Source: Callorhinchus milii
Lineage: Eukaryota
Assembly (NCBI RefSeq): GCF_018977255.1
Contig: NW_024704743.1
Span: 65,660,001-65,724,000 of the forward strand
Length of the DNA: 64,000 bases
Reading direction: 5' to 3'
The notes below the pieces were generated by a model. The model was given only the letters and a program-made list of their open reading frames with translations. It ran no database searches and was not told the origin of the DNA. How positions within the stretch are numbered: the stretch's first letter is position 1; every line of letters starts with the position of its first letter. Positions 48,105 through 60,880 of this stretch are shown piece by piece. A program made the position numbers and the translations under genes.

Positions 48105-48405
48105 TTGAATTGACTGTAAGTTTTGTGGTCGAAATGCGGCAGCTAATTACACACAGCAGTGTCCCACAAACAGTCTTTGATTGAGTGACCAAATTTTTAA
48201 CTTTTTTTGAAAAGGTTATAAATTCCGCAAAGCAGTCCACCAATTGACTAACAACTGGGTTCCTGCTTACTGTTAGGTGAACAGAAGTGTATGGAGTAAG
48301 GTGTGGAGTATGTAAACTTGCCTAAGGTTTCGCCTTGCCTGGGAACTGAACTTGGTTCCTCTTGCTTGCGAGGCGAGTGCTCTAACCAATACTCTACAGG
48401 ACCCC
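48105..48405 (-). mobile_element. Long variant of the tRNA-Ala-headed SINE (5' part; 3' part probably at 46172-46208 and 46440-46500)
   Basis: Antisense head gcgagtgctctaacc...ctacaggaccc, plus an extra ~85-nt internal segment absent from the other copies. Confidence 0.75.
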
Positions 48406-49539
48406 GACTCCAGTGCATTCATTTGGAAAAGTAACAGCCCTAAAACTAACGTGTGCTGTTCACATTAATTATTTTTCAACTGGAATTCAATCTTCAGTAA
48501 TAACTGACTACATTTTTAGAAAATCCTGGCAATTGTGCCTGCACAAGAAATGGTTATGTGTACTGAGAACAATATTTGTATTTTCTTTGGCAGTTATTGG
48601 AGGGCAGGTTGACTGTTGTAAGTTATTAAATAACTTTACTTGGCAACCTTTTAGACATGATTTGTATAGCAGGAATCAGAGCTGATAATTCCTAACCTTA
48701 GAAGGACATATCTCATGCACTGTTTAATATTTCCTTTTGAAATGAAAACAGATTTCATCTGTGACCCTACTTGCTTTTCACCGATGGCAAGCTTGTTTGT
48801 CGCAAGTACAGCTATGTTTAAAATATCTTAAACAATATGCTCCTTTAGAAAAAGTGGGAGATTCTAATAAAGGTACGATGGAAGTTGAATCTTTTGATGT
48901 TTTACATCTATTGGGTGAATTTATGCAGGTTGAGTCATCAACGCAAACGCAAGATCAAACCACATTAAAGTGTCTGTTTAGAAAAGTGTCTTGAATCACA
49001 CAGATAACAAGCATAATAATCCAAACAAGACAAAAAACTGAGGCTTTGAATCATGTAATTTCTTCTCATGTTAGCCCCACAAATCTTTATATGCTACAGT
49101 TGAAATTTTAGTGAGTGGTAATGGTCTACAAGAGTATTTTGTCCAGTTGACTTTCTTTATAAATTCTTGTTGATGTTACAAGACCTTATCTAATATAACC
49201 AGGCATGTGTAAGTGATTTGCGACTTTTTGTGAGTAAACTAATATTATTAGCAGGAATGTCAGAGTGGCCTCGTACACTTGACTTATGTGGCTTCTTCTA
49301 CAACTCGGTATTTCTTTCTTCTTGGACCTATTCCAAATAGTGTTTGGGATAGTTCTTGCATTTTTTAAATATAATCCTGGAGAAAGCGTAGTTTACTCTC
49401 TGTCACTGTTCGTAGCCACATTATTTACTTTGGTTTGCTTTGATATACAAAAAAACCCTCAATAAATTACATTTTCCCCAGTAACTTGTAATGGGAAAAA
49501 ATATACACATAAAGAGTGCATGAGCTCACCAATATCAAC

Positions 49540-50075
49540 AGAAACATAGAAACAAGTAGGCCTTTCAGCCCCTCGAGCCCCTCCGATATTTTATACGATC
49601 ATGGCTAATCTGTACCTCCAATTTTCCGTCCTTCCCCCATATACCTTAATACTCTGACTGAGCAAATATTTGTCTACCTCCGTCTTGAAAATGTGAATGA
49701 ATCCAGCATCCACAGCCTTTTGGGGGAGAGAGTTCCAGATTTCCATTACTCTTTGGGTGAAAAACTGTCTCCTGATTTCACTCCTAAATGGCCTATAAGA
49801 TTATGCCCCATTGTTCTGGATTTCCCCACCAGAGGAAATAGTTTCTCTGTACCTACCCTATCAAATCTCTTTATCATTTTAAAAACCTCATTCAGATTAC
49901 CCTTTAATCTTCTAACCTCAAGGGAATGGAGAATAAGTTCATGCAACCTGTTCTCATAATTTAACTCTTTATGCTCTGATATCATTCTGGCGAATCTGCA
50001 TTGCACCCCCTCCAGAGCCAATAAAACCTTCCTGAGGTGCGATGCCCAAAACTGAACACAGTACTCCAGATGTAC
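49540..50075 (-). mobile_element. CR1 LINE 3' portion
   Basis: LEGVQCRFARMIS...LEVRRLKGNLNEVFKMIKRFDRV...KSRTMGHNL; tail agaaacatagaaac. Confidence 0.9.
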
Positions 50076-50454
50076 CTAGCCAGAATGGTCCCAAAACAGA
50101 AAAGTTTATAAAAAGTATTCACGGGCTCGCGCTTTTGTAGCCTCCTGCCGGCCCCACTCTCCTATTTCGTGCCCCTGCCTCACCATCCTTGCTGGCTTTC
50201 AGTGGCCAGGCAGGGATATTGACTTTGACTCAGTTTTAACACTGCAAGCAGAAGTGCCTTATTCGCTATCTTCTGCTCACTGGATTCAATCAATTACAAT
50301 GACAGTACTGGCGTTTATCAACATTTTTCGGTGCTGAAAGAGCCAGTAAATGCCGTTCCCGGCATTGCGATTACACTTAAATTGGAGCTGGAAATTTCGA
50401 CTCGCTGAACCAGGCTGGGTTTTAGTATATCTGAAAAGCGAGGGAGCTTGTAAG

Positions 50455-50880
50455 AACATGAAAATCTGCTAGTTAAAAAAAGATCAAGGTCCATTTAATT
50501 CGTCTTCCACCATCCTGGCAGTCTCTTGACATGGCGTGTCCCAAATTATACACTGTGTTCCAAGATATTATTTTCTAACAGAAATCTATCTAATTTGTTC
50601 TTTAAACAAATTACATTTTCTGGTTTAACTGTCTCCCTAGGAACATGTTCCATAAGTTTACTACTCGCTCACTAAAATAGTGTTTCCTCAGATTTGTTCT
50701 GAATGTAACCCCTTCCAATCGCAGCCCGTGTCCTCTGGTTCTACAGTTCAATGCAAGATAAAAAAGTTTATCATGGTCTACATGATAACCATTTCCTTCC
50801 GAATTATATCTATTTCCTTCCGAATCTTAAAGGTGGCAATCATATCATCCCTTAAACTTCTCTTCTCCAGTGTGAACATG
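50455..50880 (-). mobile_element. CR1 3' fragment
   Basis: Same subfamily as 53255-53890 (ctactcgctcact.aa.tagtgtttcc.cagatttgttctgaat). Confidence 0.8.
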
Positions 50881-51152
50881 TCCACTTTATCTAATAGTCC
50901 AATCTCTCCATTCCCCTCAAACATTTGGAACTTTGGTATTCTGGTCAATAAGTTTCCAGATTAAAAGTAATTTTATAGCTGGCTGTGGGGCCTTACTAAC
51001 CCAAGTGGCTTGCTCATTTGCTTACTCAGTCACTACACTTGATAGTAATTATAAAGATAGTATAAAATGCAGGTCCTTCCTTCATTCTTGCCTAATAGTT
51101 AGGAAGTAATTCCTGTTATTTTCGTTTGGTAAATTGGGCAGCAGTTCTAGTC

Positions 51153-51330
51153 ATAACATAACATAACATAACATAACATGTAGGAGCAGGAGTAGGCCAT
51201 TCGGCCCTTCGAGCCTGCCCCGCCATTCAATCATGGCTGATCTTCTAATCTAATCTAACTCCAGCTAATAACCTGACCCTGCCTTATTCCCCTTAATCCC
51301 TTTTGCAATAAGAAATTATCTATCTTGAAT
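51153..51330 (-). mobile_element. Young CR1 3' end with (ATAAC)n tail microsatellite
   Basis: (ataac)5 followed by gtaggagcaggagtaggccattcggcccttcgagcctg. Confidence 0.85.
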
Positions 51331-51397
51331 ATAAAGCTCTGGGACCTGCCCTTTCCAATTCCATTATGCTGTGTGGATCATACCCTGATCTAGGGCC

Positions 51398-52250
51398 AAT
51401 AACAACAACAACAAAATTACATTTGTATAGTGCCTTTCACGTTGGGAGGACGTCCCAAGGCGCTGGACAGTCAGTGTTTCGGACCCGAGCTGTGGGGTCA
51501 GGATTGGGGAGGGTGGAGGGCAGGGAGGGAAACAGGAGATCAAAAGGACAGTCTAAGAGAACAGTCTTGAGATGGGTCTTGAAGGAGGTAAGGGAGGGGG
51601 CGAGGCGGAGGGACTGCAGGAGCGAGTTCCAGAGGGTGAGGCAGAGTGGCAGAAGGCCCTCCTGCCAATGGTGGGGCGGGCGCAGAGGGAGTGGACAGGA
51701 TGGTAGGGGGTTAGGAGGTTGCAGCGGTAGGGGAAGCAAGGCCATTGGAGGTCTGTGAAGGTGAGGACCAGGATCTTGAACTGTATCCTCTGTGTGATGG
51801 GAAGCCAGTGGAGTTGGGCGAGGATGAGGGTGATAGGATCACAGAGCCTGGTGCAGGAAAGGACACAGGCTGCAGAGTTCTGGATGATTTGCAGCCTATG
51901 GAGGGAGGAGTTGGGGAAGCCGACAAGCCAAGGAGTTTGCACCATCAAGCCTCAATGTTATAAATGCGTGTATGAGGAGTTTGGTGGCCTGTGGTGTGAG
52001 ACAGTGGCGGAGTCGGGTGATGTTGTGGAGGTGGGGAAGGCAGAGCAGGTCATGGCATGGATGTGGAGTAGAAAGGTTAGTTGAGGGTCAAACAAGACGC
52101 CAATTTCTGGACTGGCTTAGTGAGATGGAATGTGCATCCATGGATGGTGATGCTGTCAGTGCCTGAGGTGTGGAGGCGCTGACGGGAACCAATCAGGAGG
52201 ACCTTGGTCTTGTTGACGTTCAACTGAAGAAAGTTAGCTCTCATCCAGTT
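51398..52250 (-). mobile_element. L2 3' portion
   Basis: WMRANFLQLNVNKTK, SLHRLQIIQNSAACVL...LHWLPITQRIQFKIL; tail acaacaacaaaattacatttgtatag. Confidence 0.92.
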
Positions 52251-53254
52251 ATAAATGAAGTTATCGTGCCCACAATAATTGATGTTTGGCCTATGTTTCA
52301 AAGCAGCTAGTTTCTGCATCAACTGCATTGCCTCCATTCTGGAATTGTACTCGATTACTGGGCATCTGAGTTCCTATAGCCAGCAGATGGGTTGCATGCT
52401 AGCTGTAAGATCTGGTGCTGGTTTGTCTAATTATTTCCAGGGAAAGTGCCTAATAAAACAGGAAATTGTGATCCTGGTGGAAAAACTCAAAAGTCTCTGA
52501 CATTATAAAAATACAAGTTTTTTTTTAGATTAGAGGGGGGAGACATTGAAGGGTCTCACAGTAACCCGCTGAATTTTATTCAGTTCTAAACTTTATTGTC
52601 CAAAATTGTTGAAATGAGATTCATTTACTTTTGGAAACAGACCGTGTGCATTGCTTTCCACAGAAGAAAGTCATTTGGCTCATCGTATCCGGTTTCCTCA
52701 AGAGCAATCCTTTCAGTGCCATTTACCTACCCTTTCCCCAAACTCATGTAGCTGACTCTTTTTAAGGTATTTCTCTAGTTCCCTCTTGAAGGCCAATATG
52801 GATTATGCCTCAACCACCATCCCTGGCAGGGCATTCCATATCCTAAGTACTTTGTGCATAAAAAAACTTCTCCTAACTTCTCCATTTGTTCGTTTACTAT
52901 CTTAAATTAATACCGTCTAGTTCCTCACTCACCAACTAGGGGAAATAATTTTTCCCTATTGACTATCAAAACCCCTCATTAGTTTAAAGACCTCTATCAG
53001 GAAATCCCGCAACTTTCTGTGTTCGAAGGACGATTGTTACTGTGAATCTGTATTGGAATGCAGTTTGGCCATTCTCCCTTCTAAAGGACATAAATGGAAC
53101 AACAACTTGCATTTATATAGCTATCCTGATGCACGGTAGCATTTCAGAGAGCTTAACAGTGGCAGAGCTCAATGTGGAGCTGGGATTTATAGAAGGGCAA
53201 CAAAGATGATTTGAAGCCTTAAATTAATTACGAAGAGAAATTCACAGAGGATCA

Positions 53255-53890
53255 TAGAATCACAGAATATTACAACACAGAAGGAGGCCATTTGGCCCAT
53301 TGTGCCTGTGCCAGCTCTTTGGAAGAACTACACAATAAGTGCCACTTCCCCACTCATTCCCCATATCCTTGCAAATTTTTCCTTTTTCCTAAAAGAAACA
53401 ACATTTTCTGCTTCCACTGTCACCCTATGGAGCCTGTTCCATAGGTTTCCTACTCGCTCACTGAAGTAGTGTTTCCACAGATTTGTTCTGAATTTACACC
53501 TCTTCAATCGCAGGTCGTGTCCTCTGGTTCTATTGTTCAGTGCAAGATAAAACAACTTATCATAGTCTACATTATCTATTCCCCTCAGAATCTTAAGGAC
53601 TGTAATCATATCGCCTCTCAACCTTCTCTTCAGTGTGAACCTGCCCAGTTTATCTAATTGCTCCTCGTAGTCCAGTCCCTACATTCCCTTAATCATTTTG
53701 GTTGCCCTGTTCTGTATCCTCTCAATCGCTGCAATATCCTTTTTATATTGCGGTGACCAGAACTGCAAAAAGTATTCGAAGTATGGTCACACCAGTGATT
53801 TATAAAGTGGCAAGATTAGCCCACTATTTTGACTCAATTTTGCCCTTTTAATACATCCCAGAATCTGGTTTGCCTTGCTCACTGCTACCG
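53255..53890 (-). mobile_element. CR1 LINE 3' portion
   Basis: RGDMITVLKILRGIDNVD...RTRGHDLRLKRCKFRTNLWKHYFSERVGNLWNRL; tail catagaatcacagaat. Confidence 0.9.
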
Positions 53891-53894
53891 ATCA

Positions 53895-54260
53895 CTAGGT
53901 TCAAGCTCCTGGGTTGAGATTTTGAACTAACAGTCTAAGATGACATTTCAATAGAGTGCTGGGAGAGTGTTACATTGTTTGAGTTCCGGTCCTTTGAATG
54001 AGATATTAAACCAAGGTCCCACCTGCCTGATCAGATGAACTTTAAAGATCCCATGGCACTGTTTGAAAAGGGAAGGGAGTTTCTCTCGGTGTCTTGGCCA
54101 ACAATGCACCTAATAAAACTGGCCATTCACTTCATGGCTGTTTGTGGGACACTGTGGTGTACAAATTGGCTCTGCGTTTGTCTGCACATATTTTCTAAAT
54201 ATACGTAATTACACCTTACGATGATGTGATAAGATGCTATATCAAATACAAGGATTATCA
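53895..54260 (+). mobile_element. DeuSINE (5'-truncated head)
   Basis: gaatgagatattaaaccaaggtccc...aagatcccatggcactgtttgaa...gtgtcttggccaac...ctgtttgtgggacactg. Confidence 0.8.
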
Positions 54261-56789
54261 ACCTACAGGAATTCCATGGGAAGTAGATGGTATCAGAGTA
54301 CAGTTCTCACGGATCCACATGACACATATTCAGTTAATGGCAGGAGTTGTTATTTGTGACTGACTCAGAATTGTATCTGGATCCCTGTTATAAATTGCTA
54401 CATATTGGTCCCAATAATCTCATTTGATTTTCAGTGGGGATAAATTTATGTTCATTGTGTTAACTGAACCCATCACCCCAAACTCCCTCAACTCCCACCC
54501 CCAGGTTGGGTGTCTATCTAACAATGTTAAGCACTCTGAGATGTCCTTTTGAAGTGAAAGGTGCTATGTAAATTGTATTGTATTGTATTGTATAATCCTC
54601 AATCACATTGAACATGCTGTGAAACACTACTAATTTATCTCCATTTGTTAACTATTACCAGACTCACAAACACCTCCATCCCCCTGTGTTGAGAGCAGGC
54701 TTTTGCGCTAGTTTACAAAGATTGTGGCCCCACCTTTGAATTTGCGAATGCTGACAAGCGTTTAATGTGAGGCGCTGCTTCACGGGATACCACTGGTATC
54801 AGCATGAGTTATAGACTTTATTGCCTAAAACTCTGCACTGCTCAAGGCGAGTAGGGAACTTTAAGCTAATTTATTGCTGCTGGATTGGAAATTGGAAATT
54901 TGCTGATGGTTTATGCTGGATGAATCAGAAAACTCAAAAAAGGATCCTCTTCTCATTGCATTTAGATTCCTCTCCCCCCACCCCTCCCTGTTGGTGTCTG
55001 ACATCTTCTCCGCAAAGACCTTTAAAGCATTGGTGTGTCAGCCTGGTTCAGCACTCTCGTTTCTGAGTCAAAAGGTTCAAATCAAATAGAATTTTTAAAA
55101 AAACTTACAGCACAGAAGAAGGAAATTCAGATGATCGGTTAAGGGTAAAGTAAAATGCAAGGATTGTTATTATAAGGTTGTGGGTTCAAGCTCCATGTCA
55201 GGACTTTGAACTCATAGACCAGCTCTGGTGCTGAGACTCCACACTATGTGAAGAGTGCTATATAAATGCAAATTGCTGTTGTTATTGACATTCCAGGCAT
55301 CTATTCAAAAAGAGCAGGTGTCCTGGCCAACAATTCCCCAAATAAAATTGATCCATCGCTTCATTGCTGCTTGTGGGATATTGGCTGTCATGTTTGCCTA
55401 TAACCATTATGCTTTACAGTATTCCTGTGAACTGCTTTGAGACATCCATCTGACGTAAAAGACGCTACATTAAATGTAAGGGTTATTACTACCGTATGTG
55501 AATGGTGCTATATCAATACAAGTTGTTGCATTCAAGTCCTGATCTTTATGATCAGGGATTTCTATGGGTTCAACTATGCAATCATTCTGCTGATTCTCTC
55601 CCGTTCCTCATCCATTGTGGAATGTGAAAAGAAATGTTCAATTTATTGATGGCTGCTGGCTAAGCTGGAGCAGATCTGGGGCTGTAGTTTCACTTGAAGG
55701 ACAGATACAAAATGAACATGTGCAGGAAATAATACAAACTTTTTTTTCAAAAAAATGACTCTTTTGGTTGTTTAAGTTAAAAAGGAAAGAATTTGGTTGT
55801 AGCATTGACATGCGTTAGCATATGACCACCTTTCACAGTAGAGCCATATGTTAGTATCATGACATCAGGGTGAGTGATTGACTTTATTACCTGAAACTCT
55901 ACACTGTTCAAGGGCAGCAGGGAACTTTGAGCTGATTTATTGCTGCTGCACTGGGAGTTGCTAATGGTTTATGGTGGATGAGTCTGAAAACCCCAAACGG
56001 AAACATTTATTGTGGAGTTGAAATTGAAAATATGTTCCTTAATTAAAACAGTTCTCCAAATTATTGGTTGGTTCTGGGTTGAAATAAAATTGATTTATTT
56101 TCACTGTATCTAAATGTCTTTTTAATGTATTTAATTCAGATCTACCAGGGACTTTCTCCCATAGTCCTGGCCAACAATCCCCTAGATAACATTAGTCATT
56201 CATTTCATTGCTGTTTGTGGAAATTGATGTGCGCAAAGTGGTTGCTGGGTTCACTCAACCAAATATATAGTCACTACATTTCATAATAAATCCTGTGAAG
56301 GACTTTGAGATGCCTTTTCGATATGAAAGGTAACTCGGTAACAAGTTCAAGGAGTTTTTTTAATCAATGCGACTTCAGTGAGAATATCACAAAAGCCCAG
56401 TCACTGAACAGGTCCTGGTCAGATCAGTTTCAAATATAGTCAAACCTGTTTTCAGCAACCACACAGGGGACTGGACCAAAGTGGCCTTGATGTCAGAGTG
56501 GCCTCTGAGGAAAGGTTCGTTGGTTTGTTGAGCATGCCTAAAAATTAAAAAAGAATTTCTGTCCAAAATTTCCACGGGCCTGAGTCCAGTTTCCTGCTAT
56601 ACTCCTAGCCATGTATCAATGCTGCCTCACCAGGGAGGGGGGAAGCTGTGAGCATCATGTGGGCTGCTCAGTGCGAAATTGGTAAATGCACTAGGAGTCT
56701 ATTGGGAAGCTATACACAGGCCCTTGGAAATTGGTAATGTATTACCGGTACATACACTTAAATTCCTTTAGAACTGGCTGCTACCGAGA

Positions 56790-57235
56790 TGCTACTCACC
56801 CGCACAAGACTCCATACCCTCCATTACACCAATCCTTGCCAGGTTCCAAATTACGGATCGGATTGATTTCAAGATCCTCTCACTCGTTTTCAAATCTCTT
56901 TGTGCCTTCGCACCTCCCTACTTATATGACCTGCTAATCCCCTACTCCACCTCCCGCTGTCTCCACTCGGCTGGCGCCGGTCTCCTGTTTGTCCTTCGTC
57001 CCTCCGATCCACCATTGGTGGCCACTACGCCCTGAAATTCTGGAATTCCCTGGCTCAGTCCCTCTGCCTTGCCCCCTCCCTCCCCACCTTCAAATCCCAC
57101 CTATAGACCATCCTTTTTGATCATGCTTATGGTCATCTCCCTCCCCGCTCGATATCAGACTCCGCCACTGTCAAGTGCACTGAGATGCTACCCTGTATGA
57201 AGGGCACCATATAAATGCAAGTTGCTGTTGTTGTA
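56790..57235 (+). mobile_element. L2 3' fragment
   Basis: cggattgatttcaagatcctc...cccaccattggtgg...ctggaattccc; tail ataaatgcaagttgctgttgttg. Confidence 0.8.
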
Positions 57236-58430
57236 ATAGACAAAAGCAAAGGCATGACTAACGCTGCCTCACCAGTGAGGTGGGAAGCTGTGGTCATCAG
57301 GCGGCTGTTCAGCACGGTGTTGGTTAATGCGATGGATCAATTCCCCCTCAGAATTCAACAGTGTTCTCACGTTACACAGCATCACTGTACTCTCGATTCC
57401 CAGTTGCATGGGAATGACTAAGCTACTCAAGGCCAGCCGTGTAATAGGCAGAGAGTAAAGGAGTAACTGCAGTTTTGACACAATCTGTTGCTTCAGGGAG
57501 ATGCTCTTTTCTTCTTTCTATCCCTTGGGCCTGGCCTAGCAATGAGGCCTCTTTTAGAGTCCTGACCCAAACTGGCTTTGTGCAAAAGTGATACCAGGAA
57601 GGCAGAGAGAAACAGGGGGATGGGAAAAAAGAGATGGAGTCCTGACTGCAGCTGTTTTTAATACTCCTTGGGTAAATCAGTTGGTTGGCATTTGTTGCTA
57701 TGGTGATCTCAGAGGGGTCAAAGGCAATCAGCTCTTCAACATTTAGAGGGTCATCATGCTTATTTTACTTGGATATGTCCGATAGTGTCTTGATTTCCTC
57801 TACGAGCTGCCTGAGATAGAAAGTAATAGTTGTATTTCTTTATACAGTTTCTCTTTAATTTTGCTTGTAATAGAATTTTTTTTGTTCTTGTTCCTGCCAT
57901 GAGGAAATGCCATGACTAGTTCACAGAAAAAGGTCTGTCTTTATTGTGATGCTAATGGCCCAAACTGGTAAACTGGGCCATCAAGTTGCCATTAACGTAG
58001 CTCCTGTTTTGCAACCACTCAATTCTTCAGCTCAGGTGCAAAACCCTCATTGTCCAGCACCTTGGGATGCCCTCCTGACGTGAAAGGCACTATACAAATG
58101 CAATTTGTTGTTGTTGTTGATGTTGATGCTACAGCAAGTGCACACAGCTGCAGAGGTGGTGGGCAGAACCACTGAACAGGGTTACTAAAAACCATGACAT
58201 TAGAGGGGCTCTCATTCATTGTTCTTTTTATAGTGATCAATTCAAGTAAAGATACAAATGCCTCCCCCTCTGTGATCTCTTGTGATCCTATTCCCTTGCC
58301 TGCTTCTCTGCCAACTTTGGCCAGCTTCATGCCTCCTGCCCGCTCTTGGGGGTGGATTTTCAGCCCCTTTCATTCGTTTTCTGTAACTCTTCCAAAATCC
58401 ATCTAAAATGTCTGATCTCTTTGGCTGTAT

Positions 58431-58755
58431 GTGGAGTCCTGCAGCTCAGTGGTTAGAGCACTCGCCTTGCAAGCCAGACACCTGGGTTCAATTCCAGGCA
58501 GCGCGAAACCTTGGGCAAGTTTCCTTACTCCACACGCCCAATAATAATCCCTCCAAAAAACAAAACAATAATAAAATTGTTCATTTTCAATCCACGACTG
58601 TTTGTGGTACACTGCTGTGCGCAATTAGCTGCCGCGTTTCACCCACAAATATACAGTCAATTCACTTTACAGCATATTCTGTGAAGCGCTTTGAGACATC
58701 CAAAAGACGTGAAAAGCGCTATATCAAATGCAAGGATTATTATTATTATTATTAT
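58431..58755 (+). mobile_element. Full-length young tRNA-derived SINE
   Basis: gagtcctgcagctcagtggttagagcactcgccttgcaagccagacacctgggttcaattccaggc ... aaatgcaaggattattatt. Confidence 0.92.
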
Positions 58756-59029
58756 CTTAGCTATCTCCCCCCATCCCTTTCCAAGGTTAGGTTATTTTAT
58801 TTTAGTTGATTTATTTTAGATCTTCACTCCTGCTCCTGTTGGTTGTACATTAAAATAAAATTACACGTTATTAAACAGTTTTGAGGAGCAAAGCTGGAAG
58901 GCACCGAGGTGGAACAGAGTAGGAGAGACTGAGATAATCTGAGTGGTAATAATAATCCTTGCATTTGATATAGCGCCTTATCATGTCTTCGAGACGTCTC
59001 ATAGAACTTCACAGAATATACTGTAAAGT

Positions 59030-59740
59030 GAACTTCTTGGACTTAAACATCAACAAGACGGAAGCCATACTCTTTCGCTCCAGTCGACATCTTCTTTCCT
59101 GTGGTTCCGACTTCCTCAACCTACCCGATAAATCAAAACTCTCTGAATCCATGTGCAATTTAGGCATCAGGTTTGATCCCCGGTTATCCTTGCTCCCCAA
59201 TATCCTATCCTGACCATGACCACTTTCCTCCACGTCTGCCACATTGCCCGTCTCCGACAATACTTCACTCCACAAGCTGCCGAAACTCTTGTCCATGCCT
59301 TTGTCACCTCTCGGCTGGTCTACTCAAATGCCCTCCTCACTGGTCTCCCCTTCTCCACTATTCACAAAATTCAACTCATCCAAACTCACCCGCATTCTCA
59401 CCAGCATTAATCTCTGCACCCCGATTACCCCAGTCTTGCCAAACTCCACTACTGGCTCCGGTCTTCTCCTTGTCCCTCAATCCTCTGCTCCACCCTTGGT
59501 GGCCATGCCTTCAGCCACTACCCCCCCCCCCCGTGGAGCTGTGGAACTCCAATCCCTCAATCCCTTCACCTTTTCCCCCCTTTCCCCATTTTCAGAGTGC
59601 GCCTGAAGACTTTCCTCTTCGATCGTGCCTATGGTCACCTTCCCCCTCCCCCTGGCTCAGCTTCGGGCTCCACCATTGTTAAGTGTTCTGGGATACTGCC
59701 CAGCATGGAGGGCACTATATAAATGCAAGTTGTTATTGTT
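59030..59740 (+). mobile_element. L2 3' portion inserted into an antisense SINE (SINE halves at 58947-59032 and 59741-59845)
   Basis: NFLDLNINKTEAIL...AAETLVHAFVTSRL; the SINE sequence ctgtaaagtgaa|...|gaattgactgtatatt rejoins across it. Confidence 0.85.
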
Positions 59741-60234
59741 GAATTGACTGTATATTTTGTAGGTGAAACGCGGCAGCCAATTGCGCAGAGCCGTGTCCTA
59801 CGAACAGTCGTGGATTGAGTGACCAATTTATTATTATAATTTTTTTTGAAAGAATTTTTTCCAAGTGGAATAATGCAGTGGTAGTAGTTAGGTGACATTA
59901 AGCTTGGATTTTCAAAAACCTGCTGATTTTAGGAGGAGATACGCAAGGAGTATTTTGTGAATTTGACAAAGATGGAAATTCTCAACCCAGTATTTGTTCA
60001 GCAATCAGTTGCTTCAACTTCAGTGCAGAGATAGACATCACTGGAACTGAGAAAGCAACATGTCCAGTCCTGCTGCTGACTAAAATATTCATTATTTATC
60101 AGGGAATAACACCGAGATAAAGCAACTTGTGTGAGGCTGGATTTGTGAGTTGTTGCAATAGCACTAACCGGGCAACAGCTGAGACTCATTTCTTGGTAAG
60201 TCATTTTGTAAAGAGGCATTCTAAATAATAATAT

Positions 60235-60645
60235 TAATAACAATAATAATCCTCGGCTTTGATATGGTACTTTTCACACCAGTAGGATGTCTCAACATTG
60301 CATAGGATTTACTGTGAAGTGCAGTGACTGTGTATTTTGTGGATGAATGCAACAGCCAATTTGCATACTGCAATGTCCCACAATTAGCCATAAAGTGAGT
60401 GACCAATTTTATTTGAGGGATTGTTGGCCAGGACACCAGTAAAAACTCCCTTCTCTTTTCAAGTAGTGCTACGGCATCTTTACTGTCCACCTGAACAAGC
60501 ACCTCCAACGATGTAGCACACCCCACTCCCAACCCCAGCACTGAAATGCTATCTTAAACTATTTGAGTTCCAAGTTCCAACGTGGGGCTTGAACCAACAA
60601 TCTTCTGACTCAGAGGCAAGAATGCTACCAACTGAACCAGGCTGA
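60235..60645 (-). mobile_element. Full-length DeuSINE
   Basis: Antisense head tcttctgactcagaggcaagaatgctaccaactgaacc and Deu domain ttgttggccaggacacc. Confidence 0.85.
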
Positions 60646-60714
60646 TTTAACAGCATAGCATTGCATTGCAGCTGAGAATTGAAGCAGTCAGTACTATACA
60701 TTGTATAATAGATA

Positions 60715-60880
60715 ATAATAATCCTTGCATTTGATATAATGCCTTATCACATCGTTGAAATGTCTCAAAGCACTTCACAGCATATACTGTAAAGTGGATT
60801 GACTGTATTTTGTAGGCAAAATGTGGCAACCAGTTGTGCACAGCAATGTCCCACAAGTAGTCGTGGATTGAGTGACCACT
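60715..60880 (-). mobile_element. 5'-truncated SINE
   Basis: Tail plus partial Deu segment. Confidence 0.8.

Noticed and set aside
50100..50400. GC-richer patch with weak internal inverted similarity (similar patches at 11330-11660, 42975-43225 and 2270-2445)
   Set aside because: Probably decayed non-autonomous DNA transposons, but I could not define TIRs or TSDs well enough to call them.
58433..58503. tRNA-Ala gene (also at 4622, 16690 and 28765)
   Set aside because: Each is followed by the SINE body and tail and carries different stem-breaking mutations; these are SINE heads, not tRNA genes.
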